From: an uncultured Candidatus Binatia bacterium
Lineage (GTDB): Bacteria; Desulfobacterota; Binatia; UBA9968; JAJDTQ01
Length of the DNA stretch: 64,000 nt
NCBI GenBank assembly: GCA_965213675.1
Contig: OZ243916.1
Coordinates: 384,001-448,000, forward strand
Direction of reading: 5' to 3'
A program made the position numbers and the translations under genes. Below the pieces are notes generated by a model. That model saw nothing but the letters and a program-made list of their open reading frames with translations, ran no database searches and was not told the DNA's origin. Shown here in pieces: positions 48,801-58,024 of the stretch. Each line of letters opens with the position of its first letter. Positions within the stretch are counted from its first letter, which is position 1.

Positions 48801-49038
48801 CACCACGGTGGCGGGGGTGCTGCCGTTGTTGCTGGAGACCAGCCTCCAGGCCCAGGTGCTGGTGCCGCTGGTCACCAGCCTGGCCTTCGGTCTCGGCGCG
48901 GCCACGTTCCAGGTGTTGTTTCTCGTGCCGGCGCTGTACTGCGTCGTGGACGACTACGGCGGCACCGTGGCGGTGGAGACCGACCTGGAGACGGAGGCGG
49001 CGCGGGTGACGCAGGCGCCCACCGCCGCAAACCCGTGA
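45889..49038 (+). CDS. RND efflux permease (AcrB/AcrD/AcrF family)
   Basis: HPTAANLL, ETFP, GLMMDDAIVIAENI, GVVVNNAIV, RFRAVLLTSLTT. Confidence 0.93.
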   Translation: MIRFFAGHPTAANLLMIGFILLGLVFAGTVKRETFPDIASDSVRVQMPWPGASSADVEQGICLKLETAADSVDQREETRCEAREGLAVATLVMRQGGDLERFLEDVKNEVDGIRDFPADAEAPVVRELGRVDLVASIAVAGPLTPAGLKAYAERMKDDLLAIPGVANVDIQGFSQRQIRIEVPASTMRQFGLSLRDLANAVERQNVTLPAGSVQARDSTVLIRFDDERRTPRTFEDLVVVASASGAVIRLGDIAAITDRFEHAEEKNLFNGRRAAWLTVEKGRSDDTLRVIDAVRAYLDEQRALAPPNMVFDITRDVSSIVRDRLNMLLANGGQGLVLVFLVMWLFFGLRYSFWLAAGLPVAFMGTIAGMAAIGYSFDMITMVALLIALGLMMDDAIVIAENIARHRAAGSSVVDAAVEGTREVAPGVLASFLTTIGVFGALAFLQGNIGAVMAVLPVVLILTLAFSLVEAFLILPHHLLRSLRATRHTSPPRLRVLFDAGLARFTEGFVGRLVDAAVSWRYLTVGLITGLFLLSVAAMAGGVVKFRTFPDVEGNVVEASLLLYPGTPLARTEAVVERVVAAVRAVDEAYAAERPDGRRMVRNIGVQFSRNRAANETGEHLATVLVDLVGPDARYASLDEIMSRWRARVGTPPDVIALTFGEPQLGPAGRPIDIRLVGEDMKSLKAAALELREWLGGYRGVFDLTDDLRLGKPELRVRLREGALALGVSASDVAGQLRAAFQGRRAGEFQVGSEDYEVDVRLYQRDRDSLADLARFTVTVPTGEQVPLYTVATLISERGYSRIHRVNGRRAVTVRGDLDSDQANAAEIIADTQSRFWPGLQARYPDIRMELEGQARESAETGASLGRNFLVGLAAIFLLLSFQFRGYVEPLVIMASIPVGLVGVVLGHLAMGLELSMPSLVGFVSLAGVVVNNAIVLVVFIKTRRASGETAEAAARGAARDRFRAVLLTSLTTVAGVLPLLLETSLQAQVLVPLVTSLAFGLGAATFQVLFLVPALYCVVDDYGGTVAVETDLETEAARVTQAPTAANP

Positions 49039-49166
49039 CCGGCCGCAAACCGTAACCGGACGTTTTCCGTAGAGGCGGCCGGTCGCCCGTGCCTGGAAAC
49101 TACTGGGAGGAAGGGAAACAGGTCCGCCGGAGTTGCAGTACGGGCGCGAAACGCTATTCTGGATTC

Positions 49167-49535
49167 ATGACAAACCGTGACCGCATGATCGGAACCTGGC
49201 GCCTGTACGCGTTTCGCTTCACCGACGGCGACGGCAACCCGGGTTCGACTGACGAGGCTCCGGTGGCGGGGCGGATGGAGTACACCGCCGACGGCCACAT
49301 GGCCACGGCCACGCGCCGCCCCGACGGCACCTGGTTCAGCTACTTCGGGGAGTTCGAGCTTCAGGGCGACATGGTGCTGCACCACATCGAATTGGCCTAT
49401 AATCCCGGGCTCGACGGCGCGACCACGCGGCGGGAAGTATCCTTTGAGGGTGAACGCCTCGTGTTGACCGCGGCGCCGCCGGTCATGGGCGGACCCGGCA
49501 GCCGCGCGTCGCTTGTCTGGGAAAGGATTTCGTGA
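49167..49535 (+). CDS. Lipocalin-like domain protein
   Basis: IGTWRL...GRMEYTADGHM...SYFG...VLHHIE...LVWER pattern. Confidence 0.8.
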   Translation: MTNRDRMIGTWRLYAFRFTDGDGNPGSTDEAPVAGRMEYTADGHMATATRRPDGTWFSYFGEFELQGDMVLHHIELAYNPGLDGATTRREVSFEGERLVLTAAPPVMGGPGSRASLVWERIS

Positions 49536-49537
49536 CC

Positions 49538-50635
49538 ATGTCGCGACAAACTGCGATCCCCTGCACGATGATGCGCGGCGGCACCTCGCGCGGGCCGTAC
49601 TTCCTGGCCGGCGACCTGCCCGCGGATGAGGCCACGCGCGATCAGGTGCTGCTGGCGGCCATGGGGTCGCCCGACTCGCGCCAGATTGACGGTGTGGGCG
49701 GAGCCACCACGCTTACCAGCAAGGTTGCCATCGTGTCCCCGTCGAACCACGCCTGGGCGGAGGTGGACTACCTTTTCGCGCAGGTGTCCGTGGACAAGGC
49801 GTTCGTGGACTACAGCCCCACCTGCGGCAACATGCTGGCGGGAATCGGTCCCTTCGCCATCGAGCACGGGCTCGTGCCATCGGACGACCCCCGGACGCGG
49901 GTGAACATTCGCAACGTCAACACCGACGCGCTCATCGAGGCGGTGGTGGAGACCCCCGAAGGAGACGTGGAGTACGACGGCGACACCGCCATTGACGGGG
50001 TCCCCGGAACTGCGGCGCCGGTACTGCTCAACTTCATGGATGTCATCGGCTCCAAGACCGGGGCGCTTTTTCCCACCGGTCAGCGGCGGGAGATCATCGA
50101 AGGCGTGGAGGTGAGTTGCGTGGACGTGGCCATGCCCATGGTGCTGGCCACGGCCGAGAGCATGGGAATTCAGGGTGACGAGGGCAAGGCCGAACTGGAC
50201 GCCCACCGGGCGCTCCTGGAGAAGCTGGAAGCCGTTCGCGTTGTGGCCGGCGAACGGATGGGGCTGGGAGACGTGCGTGGCAAGGTCATTCCCAAGTTCG
50301 GCATCCTCTCGCGGCCGCGCCGCGGCGGCGCGCTGACCTCGCGTTACTTCGTGCCCACGGACTGCCACGCGGCCCACGCCGTATCCGGCGCCATCTGCGT
50401 CGGAAGCTGCGCCCTGGTGCCCGGCACCGTTGCCGACGGCATTGCCGAAACCGGCGGCGGTTTCTCCGAGCAGGTGGAGATCGAGCACCCCAGCGGCTCC
50501 ATCACCGTGGCCTTCGAACTGAGCGGCGCCGGCGACAACTTCGCGTTGGCCAAGGCCGGCGTGATGCGAACCACCCGGAAGCTCTTCCAGGGGCAGATAT
50601 ATGTACCCGGGAGGGTGTGGCGCCCGCGCAACTGA
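49538..50635 (+). CDS. PrpF/FldA-family isomerase, 4-oxalomesaconate tautomerase-like
   Basis: MRGGTSRG, QIDGVGG, TSKVA, CGNML, IDGVPGT, EHPSG, RTTRKLF. Confidence 0.88.
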   Translation: MSRQTAIPCTMMRGGTSRGPYFLAGDLPADEATRDQVLLAAMGSPDSRQIDGVGGATTLTSKVAIVSPSNHAWAEVDYLFAQVSVDKAFVDYSPTCGNMLAGIGPFAIEHGLVPSDDPRTRVNIRNVNTDALIEAVVETPEGDVEYDGDTAIDGVPGTAAPVLLNFMDVIGSKTGALFPTGQRREIIEGVEVSCVDVAMPMVLATAESMGIQGDEGKAELDAHRALLEKLEAVRVVAGERMGLGDVRGKVIPKFGILSRPRRGGALTSRYFVPTDCHAAHAVSGAICVGSCALVPGTVADGIAETGGGFSEQVEIEHPSGSITVAFELSGAGDNFALAKAGVMRTTRKLFQGQIYVPGRVWRPRN

Positions 50636-50758
50636 GCCGGCCTCCGCGCCCTTGGAGGCTGGACTGTCCGTTCGCCTGGAACGCAGCGGGACACAGCCGA
50701 AGGAGATCAGAACATCGCGTGGTCCCGAAGGGGGCCGATGCGACCCTTGGGGTGCGTG

Positions 50759-51931
50759 ATGTACGTGACGTTCCTCGAATGTGCGCGTTGCGGCATGGAG
50801 CATGAGCGCGGGAAGCTGCACAACCTGTGCCGGGAATGCGCCAGCCCGCTGCTGGTGCGCTACGACCTTGAGCAAGCGGGGCGGACCCTGACGCGCGCGA
50901 GCTTGCGGGAGCGGGTGGCAAGCCTTTGGCGCTATCGCGAGGTGCTGCCGGTGACCGACGGCGCCGCGGTCACTACGTTGGGGGAGGGGTGGACGCCGCT
51001 GGTACACGCCCGGCGGTTGGGTGATCGGCTGGGTATGAGCCGGCTGCTGCTCAAGGACGAGTCCTTGAACCCCACCGGCTCCTTCAAGGCCCGCGGCATG
51101 ACCGCGGCGGTGTCCATGGCCCGGGAACTGGGGGCGAAGCGCCTGGCCGTGCCGTCGGCGGGTAATGCCTCCGGAGCGCTGGCCGCTTACGCGGCGAAGG
51201 CAGGCCTGGAGGCGCACATCTACATGCCGCAGGACGCATCGCAGGTCAGCATCGTGGAATGCCGGCAATATGGCGCGGACGTGGTGCTCGTGGACGGCTT
51301 CATCAACGACTGCGGGCGCATCATCGGGGAGAACAAGGAGCGCGAGGGCTGGTTCGAGGTATCGACCCTGAAGGAGCCCTACCGGGTCGAGGGCAAGAAG
51401 ACCATGGCCTACGAGCTGGCCGAGCAGTTGGACTGGACGCTGCCGGACGTCGTGCTATACCCCACCGGCGGCGGCACCGGGCTCATCGGCATGTGGAAGG
51501 CCTTTGACGAGATGGAGGCACTGGGCTGGATCGATTCCCGGCGCCCGCGCATGGTCTCGGTCCAGGCCGAAGGCTGCGCGCCCATCGTCGAGGCATTTCA
51601 GGCAGGGGCGGACGAGGCGCAACCGGTGACGCGACCGGACACGGTGGCCGCCGGTCTCCGGGTACCCGTGGCCATCGGCGACTTCATGCTTCTGCGCATC
51701 CTGCGGGCGAGCGGCGGCTCGGCGGTGAGCGTGTCCGACGCTGAAATTCTGGAGGACGTGCGGGAGATCGGCGCCACCGAGGGCATCTTCGTGGCGCCAG
51801 AGAGTGCGGCCTGCCTCGCGGGCCTGCGCCGGTTGCTGGAGCGCGGCGCCGTGGACCCGGACGAGCGCGTGGTGCTGATGATTACCGGGTCCGGACTCAA
51901 ATACCCGCACTTGTGGAGCGAGTCTTCTTGA
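50759..51931 (+). CDS. thrC: Threonine synthase family PLP enzyme
   Basis: N-terminal CxxC pair, LWRYREVLP, LGEGWTP, NPTGSFKARG (PLP Lys), SAGNA, EGKKT, PTGGG, TGSGLK. Confidence 0.85.
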   Translation: MYVTFLECARCGMEHERGKLHNLCRECASPLLVRYDLEQAGRTLTRASLRERVASLWRYREVLPVTDGAAVTTLGEGWTPLVHARRLGDRLGMSRLLLKDESLNPTGSFKARGMTAAVSMARELGAKRLAVPSAGNASGALAAYAAKAGLEAHIYMPQDASQVSIVECRQYGADVVLVDGFINDCGRIIGENKEREGWFEVSTLKEPYRVEGKKTMAYELAEQLDWTLPDVVLYPTGGGTGLIGMWKAFDEMEALGWIDSRRPRMVSVQAEGCAPIVEAFQAGADEAQPVTRPDTVAAGLRVPVAIGDFMLLRILRASGGSAVSVSDAEILEDVREIGATEGIFVAPESAACLAGLRRLLERGAVDPDERVVLMITGSGLKYPHLWSESS

Positions 51932-52027
51932 AGGCTCTTGCGGGCGTCCGCGGTGACGCCCGCAAGCGTGAAATGGCGGGTTCAGACCGGCCGGTCGGAT
52001 GACTTGGACCGGGGAGAGGATGACAAC

Positions 52028-52843
52028 GTGACGTCCATCGAGAAATGGCCCGATGATGCCAAGGTGGCGGTGCTGGTGACGCCGATGTTCGAAACCTGGT
52101 CGGTGGGCAAGGCGCCGTCCTATTCGCCCATGTCCTCGCCCCTCAAGCCGGGGGTGGTGGACCGGCTCGGGGTGTCCTGGTCGGAGTATGGCGGGCGCAC
52201 GGGCGTGTGGCGCTTCATGAAGATATTCCGGGAGTTCGAGGTGCCGGCCACGGTATGCGTGAGCGGGCGCTCGGCGGAGATGTTTCCCGAAGCGGTCCGG
52301 GCGCTGCATGACAACGGGCACGAGTTGGCAGGACACTCCTACACCCAGGACACCTTCCTCACCGATCTTTCCGCGGAGGAGGAGAAGGCGGTGATCGGGC
52401 GCTGCTTCGATCTCATCGAAGCGGTGGCCGGCGTGAGGCCGGTGGGCTGGCTGAGCCCCAGGGCGACGCCCACGGAGCACACCGCGGGGTTCCTGGCGGA
52501 AGCCGGTTGCGTCTGGCACGGCGATTACAACGACACCGATGTGCCCTACCGCATCGTTACCGGCGCGGGGGACATCGTGGCCATTCCCCACAGCGACTTT
52601 GCCGACAACCGGGTGCTGCGGGGCAGTCCGCGCGATTTCCTCAACGTCTACAAGGATACCTTCGACTTCCTGTACCGGTCCGACGCACCTGAGATGATCA
52701 ACCTCACCGTCCACGCGCACTTCGGCGGTCGCCCCATGATCGCCAGCATGCTGACCGAAATCCTCCGTTACATGAAGGGCTTCTCACGGGTCTGGTTCGC
52801 GCGCCACGACGAGGTGGCGCGCTGGATGTTGAAGCAAGGGTAG
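52028..52843 (+). CDS. Polysaccharide deacetylase (CE4) family protein, PuuE-like
   Basis: WPDDAKVAV, EYGGRTGVWR, HELAGHSY, RPVGWLSP, DTFDFLY, VHAHFGGRP. Confidence 0.85.
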   Translation: MTSIEKWPDDAKVAVLVTPMFETWSVGKAPSYSPMSSPLKPGVVDRLGVSWSEYGGRTGVWRFMKIFREFEVPATVCVSGRSAEMFPEAVRALHDNGHELAGHSYTQDTFLTDLSAEEEKAVIGRCFDLIEAVAGVRPVGWLSPRATPTEHTAGFLAEAGCVWHGDYNDTDVPYRIVTGAGDIVAIPHSDFADNRVLRGSPRDFLNVYKDTFDFLYRSDAPEMINLTVHAHFGGRPMIASMLTEILRYMKGFSRVWFARHDEVARWMLKQG

Positions 52844-52934
52844 GACGTCCTCTGGCTGCCCGCTTTCCCGGAAATGGCACACTCGTGGGTCCGGTTTCCC
52901 TCTCCCAGCGCGTCGGCTCCAAGCCGACATGGGA

Positions 52935-52959
52935 GATTCCCGCGGAAGGCGGGAATCCC
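52935..52959. repeat. Degenerate REP-like palindrome
   Basis: GATTCCCGCGGAAGGCGGGAATCCC, same family as the 10.5 kb and 23.1 kb copies. Confidence 0.7.
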
Positions 52960-52972
52960 GGGGCGCGCTGAG

Positions 52973-53007
52973 CCTGTCCTCGCTTCCAGCTTCTGCAACA
53001 TTGGGGT
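52973..53007 (+). repeat. Dispersed 35-bp repeat, copy 2
   Basis: 31/35 match to the reverse complement of 13993-14027. The core TGCAACATTGGGGTT also occurs at 27553-27567. Confidence 0.7.
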
Positions 53008-53012
53008 TTCAC

Positions 53013-53588
53013 TTACCCCAGCGGTATGTCCACGCCGTTGAGGGTCAGCTCCGGCACCACTTCCACGGGCCGCCGCAGCGTGTTGGTGGTGTAACAGGAG
53101 CGTTCCAGCGCCTCGGTGAACTCGACGATGCGCTCCTGACTGTCCGGACTTTGCAGATCGAGCCGATACACGAGCCGGGTGCACGCCGAGGGGACGTCCG
53201 ACAGCCCGAACTTGCCTTTCTGGTCGAACTCGCCGCGCACCGACATCTCCGCGCGCTCAATGCGGATTTCCATGAATGACGCCAACTGCGTCACTTGGCT
53301 GAGCATTCAGAAGCCGATGGACGCGATGAAATATTGCAGCGGGGCCGCGCCCTTGCCGGTGCCGCCGCGCGACTCTGGCTCGTCGCACAGGATGGTGTAA
53401 CCTTCCGACGTCCTGGCTTCCTTCAGGTGGTCGTTGACCAGGCGGATGCGCGCCTCATGCACTGTGACCGCCTTGGACGGATCCTCCCGGTAGACCTTCT
53501 GCCGCCGTTCGAATACGGCCTTGTGGCGCCGGTAGTCGATGGAGCAGCAGCCGGGATCGTCGAATTCCCGTTCTTCGTCAATGGCCAT
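53013..53588 (-). CDS. OsmC-family protein with in-frame UGA (probable selenocysteine), 191 aa
   Basis: ORFs 53307-53588 and 53013-53306 are contiguous in one frame: DEPESRGGTGKGAAPLQYFIASIGF-UGA-MLSQV...ERSCYTTNTL. The UGA sits at the first conserved OsmC Cys. GGAGG RBS. Confidence 0.85.
53273..53309 (-). promoter_or_regulatory. Candidate bacterial SECIS element of the OsmC-like gene
   Basis: UGA + 13 nt + UGACGC-AGUUG-GCGUCA perfect 6-bp hairpin. UGAA can also pair with the downstream UUCA. Confidence 0.7.
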
Positions 53589-53770
53589 GTTTCCTCCGTT
53601 TCCGTTGGCTGATCCCCGTTTCTTCCCTGGAATGGTTCCCGCATGTCAAGCCGCGGCGGCCACGATTGCTTCGGGCCTTCTAAACAACAGATGGGTTTTC
53701 GATTAGACTTGAGGGCGGGGGCGATGGCCCGGAACGCGCGCCTCACGAAATTTTCGAGTTCAGGGGACCC

Positions 53771-55120
53771 ATGCCACAAGACCTGAGAAGCTATCTGGAG
53801 TTGGTGGAATCCAGGGACGACCTGGTCCGCATCGCGGATCCCGTGGACCCGCGTTACGAAGTGAGCGCACTGGTGGCGAAACTGGCGCGGGTACGGCGCC
53901 GCCGGCCGGTGCTCCTCCTGGAGAACGTCAAGGGCAGCGCGTTCCCGGTGGTGACCAACCTCCATGCCGGCCGCCGGCGCATGGCATTGGCCATGAACAG
54001 CGAACCGCGGGACGTTCAGCGCGCGTTTCTGCGGGCCATGGAGCGCCCGGTGGCGCCCGTGGTGGTGGACAGCGGGCCGGTCAAGGATGTGGTGCATACG
54101 GGCGCCGGCGTGGACCTGCTGGCGCTGCCGCAGATCGTCCATCATGCCGCGGACGCCGGCCCCTACATCACCGCCGCCATCTCCTTCGCCCGGGACCCGG
54201 AGAACGGCGCCTGGAACTGCGCCTACAACCGCCTGATGATCATGGGGAAGGACCGCACGTCCATCCACATTACCGCGTCCAAGCACCTGTGGGAGTTCTA
54301 CCAGAAGGCGGAGGCCCGGGGGGAGGCGCTGCCCGTGGCCTTTGCCGTGGGCGTTCACCCCGCCATCGGTCTGGGCGCCCTGGCCATCGGCTCCATCGAC
54401 GAAGACGAGCGCGCCATCATGGGCGGTGTCCTGGGGGAGCCGCTGGAACTGGTGCGCTGCGAGACCTCGGACCTGCTGGCGCCGGCCCACGCCGAGATGA
54501 TCCTGGAAGGGGAGATTCTTCCCGGTGAGCGCACTCCCGAGGGGCCGTTCAGCGAGTTCACGGGCTACAGCCTTGGGGAGCGCCAGCGCGAGGTGGTGCG
54601 CTACCACGCCGTGACCATGCGCGAAGGAGCGCTGTTCCACGACATCTCCGTGGCCCAGGTGGACCATCTGCTGCTGTCCACCATTCCCATGGAAGCCAAC
54701 CTCTACCGCGCCGTGCGCGCCATGGTTCCCTCTGTGACCGCGGTGCGCGTGCCCGCGCCCTACAGTTGCTACGTCGCCATCGAACAGCGCGTCTCCGGCC
54801 AGGCCAAGAACGCCATCCTGGCGGTGCTGGGCGCAGACATGTACATCAAGCGCGTGGTGGTGGTGGACCACGACGTCAACATCTTCGACGACCGCGAAGT
54901 AGCCTGGGCCCTGGGCACCCGCTGCCAGGCGGACCGCGACATCACGGTGATCTCCAATACCCGCGGCTCCGACCTCGACCCGTCCACCGACTCGGACGGC
55001 CACACCGCCAAGTGGGGCATCGACGCCACCGCCAAGCCCTCCCTGGCCGCGTACACGCCGCGAAACCGCATCCCGCGGGACGTGCTGGAAGGCATCGACC
55101 TGGACAAGCTGGGGCTCTGA
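53771..55120 (+). CDS. UbiD-family (prFMN-dependent) decarboxylase
   Basis: DAGPYIT, YNRL, AEMILEG, EGPFSEFTGY, VVVDHDVNI, VAWALGTR, LDPS, KWGIDAT. Confidence 0.93.
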   Translation: MPQDLRSYLELVESRDDLVRIADPVDPRYEVSALVAKLARVRRRRPVLLLENVKGSAFPVVTNLHAGRRRMALAMNSEPRDVQRAFLRAMERPVAPVVVDSGPVKDVVHTGAGVDLLALPQIVHHAADAGPYITAAISFARDPENGAWNCAYNRLMIMGKDRTSIHITASKHLWEFYQKAEARGEALPVAFAVGVHPAIGLGALAIGSIDEDERAIMGGVLGEPLELVRCETSDLLAPAHAEMILEGEILPGERTPEGPFSEFTGYSLGERQREVVRYHAVTMREGALFHDISVAQVDHLLLSTIPMEANLYRAVRAMVPSVTAVRVPAPYSCYVAIEQRVSGQAKNAILAVLGADMYIKRVVVVDHDVNIFDDREVAWALGTRCQADRDITVISNTRGSDLDPSTDSDGHTAKWGIDATAKPSLAAYTPRNRIPRDVLEGIDLDKLGL

Positions 55121-55244
55121 AAGCCCGCCCCGCAAGTACCGTGACCGGCTGTGGTGGGACGATGTCGGGACGATGCCCCGTCGGGGCTGTTGCGGGCGAC
55201 CGCTTGGCCAGCCTGCTTCCCGGGGACACGCCGTTTGCCGACTG

Positions 55245-56077
55245 CGTTGGCTGCGTCTGAAGATTTTCCTTCGCACGGATCAGGCCGACGAAAACCGCAT
55301 CGCCGACTTCCCGGACGCATCCAAGGTGCTGTCTTCCTCGGCGGAACTGGGTTGGCCCGCGCGCGAACTCTACGGCCTGTTGTGGCAGTGCCTGATCAAC
55401 GGGGCGACCGGGGACCAGTTTCGGGCCTTCCTCGCCCAGGAGGGCTGGCCTTCCGCGGAAATTGCAGGCCAAACGCTGTATCACGTTCCACGTCGACTTG
55501 TTTCCGCCGACGACGCTCAGCGCCGGAAATTTTACGAGATCTCCGGACCGTGGACGGGCCGGAACGCAAAGCGCGGCTTTCCCTACACATGGATTCCCAA
55601 CCACTTGGGAGATACAAGAGGCCAGGTAAGTCCACGGTCGTTTCTTGTCGCCTTGCGTGAAGCCGCTCGGGACACGGCGGAGCGCCACCCGGAGCATGAC
55701 CACGCGCTGCACTTCGAGAGCATCAAGCACGGCGTGCAGAAGGTGTCCAGCATACGGGTTGCCGAAATCAGGGAGGACTATCCATGGATGCCCGCGTACT
55801 CGCCCCGCTCGTAGGCATGATGGTTCCATGTGGATTCGAGGCAATTGTCGAGCGCTGGAACCGGGAGAGGAGTCTGAAACTCCTGATTGAGGATTCCCAA
55901 CAGGATGAGATCAAGCTTCCGCCTCGTCACGCCGACCATGGGGCGGACGGAGTTCTCCAGGACCTCGAATCGCTGGGCGTGTTCCAGCCCCTGTACGACG
56001 GGCGCGTGAATATCCCCGACGTGTTCCGGGTTGGCCATGGCCTGGGCCGCAAGGGCGGCGTGAAACCGGCCCAATGA
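55245..56077 (+). pseudogene. C-terminal remnant of a P-loop ATPase (Sll1717-like), 5'-truncated and frameshifted
   Basis: LKIFLRTD...YTWIPNHLGD...SPRSFL...EDYPWM, then after a 1-nt shift at ~55791 RVLAPL...LESLGV...RVNIPDVFRVGHGLGRKGGV. No Walker A part present. Family call from memory. Confidence 0.65.
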
Positions 56078-56103
56078 CCAGGACGCCTCCTCCTGGGCGG
56101 CGT

Positions 56104-56367
56104 TCAGGCGCGGGAACCCCGGCCCATCAAGTGCTCGAACCGAGGCATCCAGGACTGTTCCCGAAACTCTTCGTCGAACACGTCCGCGAACTTCACGGGC
56201 TCCGTCATGTACGGCGGACCCTGGGCTCTCTGAAACAGCGTCAGCGGAATGATGGGTGACAACTTCGCGCAGCCGGCCCGCCGTTCCTCGTCCCAGAGAT
56301 CCATGCAGGACTTCAACAACTGGAGCCGCACCCACGGATCCGGGTGGGAATTCCGGTCTTCTCGCAT
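56104..56367 (-). pseudogene. Fragment of an Rpn/YhgA-like recombination-promoting nuclease
   Basis: SHPDPWVRLQLL...LW...KLSPIIPLTLF...FADVF...WMPRF resembles the segment following the Rpn EHKS motif. No N- or C-terminus. Confidence 0.55.
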
Positions 56368-56556
56368 TACATTCTGGTACTGTGGGAGCTCGTCGGACTA
56401 ATCAAGAATCTGCTGCGAGGCATGGAGTTGGGTCCATTTCCGGTTGGATTTTCGTCCAATATTACCAATATTTTCCTCAAATCCGCCCGAAACTGGCCTC
56501 CAGTTCTCGGCCTCTCGCTACGATTCGATAAATCCGACAGGCTCCCAGCGATCATC

Positions 56557-57972
56557 ATGGACCATCCTGAACCGGTCGAGCCGACTCGAAACTTCGTCTG
56601 TCTGCTGGAGGACACGGCCGCGCGCTTCCCGGAGAAGGCCGCGCTGGTCTGTCCCGAAGAGACGCTCACTTACAGAGTGCTGCACGAACGCGCCGCGGGC
56701 TTTGCGCGGGAACTCGCGGGCCGGGGGGTTCGGCCCGGCGACCGGGTGGCGCTGGTGTTGCCCAATCACTGGAGCTACGCGGCCGCGCTGCTGGGCGCCT
56801 GGAAGCTGGGCGCCACCGCGGCACCGTTGAGTCCGTTGCTGAAATCCGGGGAGCGGGACGCGATCCTGGCGGACGTGGAACCGGCCGAGGTGGTGGAGCG
56901 TGTGGAGGCGCGGGCGGGCGCGTGGGACACCGCGACGGAAACGGCCGCGCCAAGCCACTTCGGCTACAGCTCGGGCAGCACCGGCCGGCCCAAGGGCGCG
57001 GTCTTCAGCCACGGGGCGCTGGCCTTCGCCAACCACTCCTGGGCGGATATGATGGCGCTGGCGCCGGAAGACGTGGTGCTGTCGGTGCTGCCACTGCCCC
57101 ATTCCTTCGGCCTGAACGGCTCTCTGCTGGCGCCGCTGCTCAGAGGCGCCACGGTGGTGCTGCCCGGCGGTTTCGCCCCGGCCGCGGTGCTTGCCGCCAT
57201 GCAGGAACACCGCGTCACGCTGTTCCTGGGGGTGGCCACGATGTTCCGGCGGCTCCTGAGCGCTTCGGATTTCGCGGACGCGGACCTGTCTTCGCTGCGT
57301 CTCTCGGTGTCGGGCGCGGCGCCGTGTCCCTGGGACCTGGCTTCGGAATGGCGCCGCCGGGCCGGCCACCGCATCCTCCGAGGCTACGGCATGACCGAGT
57401 TGTTCCGGCCCATCTCGTACTTGGCGTCGGAGACGGAGGATCGCCCGGAGTGCATCGGTCGGGCGGTTCCGGGCGTGGACATCCGGGTGGTTGCGGACAC
57501 GGAAACAGGAACCGGGGGCGGCGACACGGGGGAACTGTGGATCAGGACCCCGGCCGCCATGCAGGGCTACTGGAACGACCCGGCGCCGGCGCTGGAGGAT
57601 GGCTGGTTCCGCACCGGGGATCTTGCCCGGATCTCCGCCGGCGGGTACGTGGAAATCACCGGACGCATCCGGGAACGCATCCTCCGGGGCGGATATTCGG
57701 TCTTTCCCCAGGAAGTCGAGGCGGTGCTGGTCGCGCACCCGGACGTTGCCGAGGCCGCGGTGGTGGGGGTGCCGCACCCGGAACTGGGCGAAGAGGTGGC
57801 GGCGTTCGTGGTGGTGAAACCGGGCGCCAAGCCGGGAACGGACGCCCTGGCGGCCTACTGTGCGGACCGGCTGGCCCGCTTCAAGTATCCGCGGCACATC
57901 CGTTTCGTGCCCGAGTTGCCCAAGGGGGCGACCGGAAAGGTATTGAAGGCGGAATTGCGAAGCGGCTGGTGA
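56557..57972 (+). CDS. AMP-binding acyl-CoA ligase
   Basis: YSSGSTGRPKG, GYGMTE, GWFRTGD, PQEVE, LPKGATGK. Confidence 0.93.
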   Translation: MDHPEPVEPTRNFVCLLEDTAARFPEKAALVCPEETLTYRVLHERAAGFARELAGRGVRPGDRVALVLPNHWSYAAALLGAWKLGATAAPLSPLLKSGERDAILADVEPAEVVERVEARAGAWDTATETAAPSHFGYSSGSTGRPKGAVFSHGALAFANHSWADMMALAPEDVVLSVLPLPHSFGLNGSLLAPLLRGATVVLPGGFAPAAVLAAMQEHRVTLFLGVATMFRRLLSASDFADADLSSLRLSVSGAAPCPWDLASEWRRRAGHRILRGYGMTELFRPISYLASETEDRPECIGRAVPGVDIRVVADTETGTGGGDTGELWIRTPAAMQGYWNDPAPALEDGWFRTGDLARISAGGYVEITGRIRERILRGGYSVFPQEVEAVLVAHPDVAEAAVVGVPHPELGEEVAAFVVVKPGAKPGTDALAAYCADRLARFKYPRHIRFVPELPKGATGKVLKAELRSGW

Positions 57973-57983
57973 GGGGAAGAAAA

Positions 57984-58012
57984 GGGGAGGGGAGCCGCGG
58001 GTTCCCCTCCCC
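57984..58012. terminator. Hairpin between convergent genes (probable terminator)
   Basis: GGGGAGGGGAGCC-GCG-GGTTCCCCTCCCC, preceded by an A run (a U tract on the minus strand). Confidence 0.65.
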
Positions 58013-58024
58013 GTCATCCTGCGA

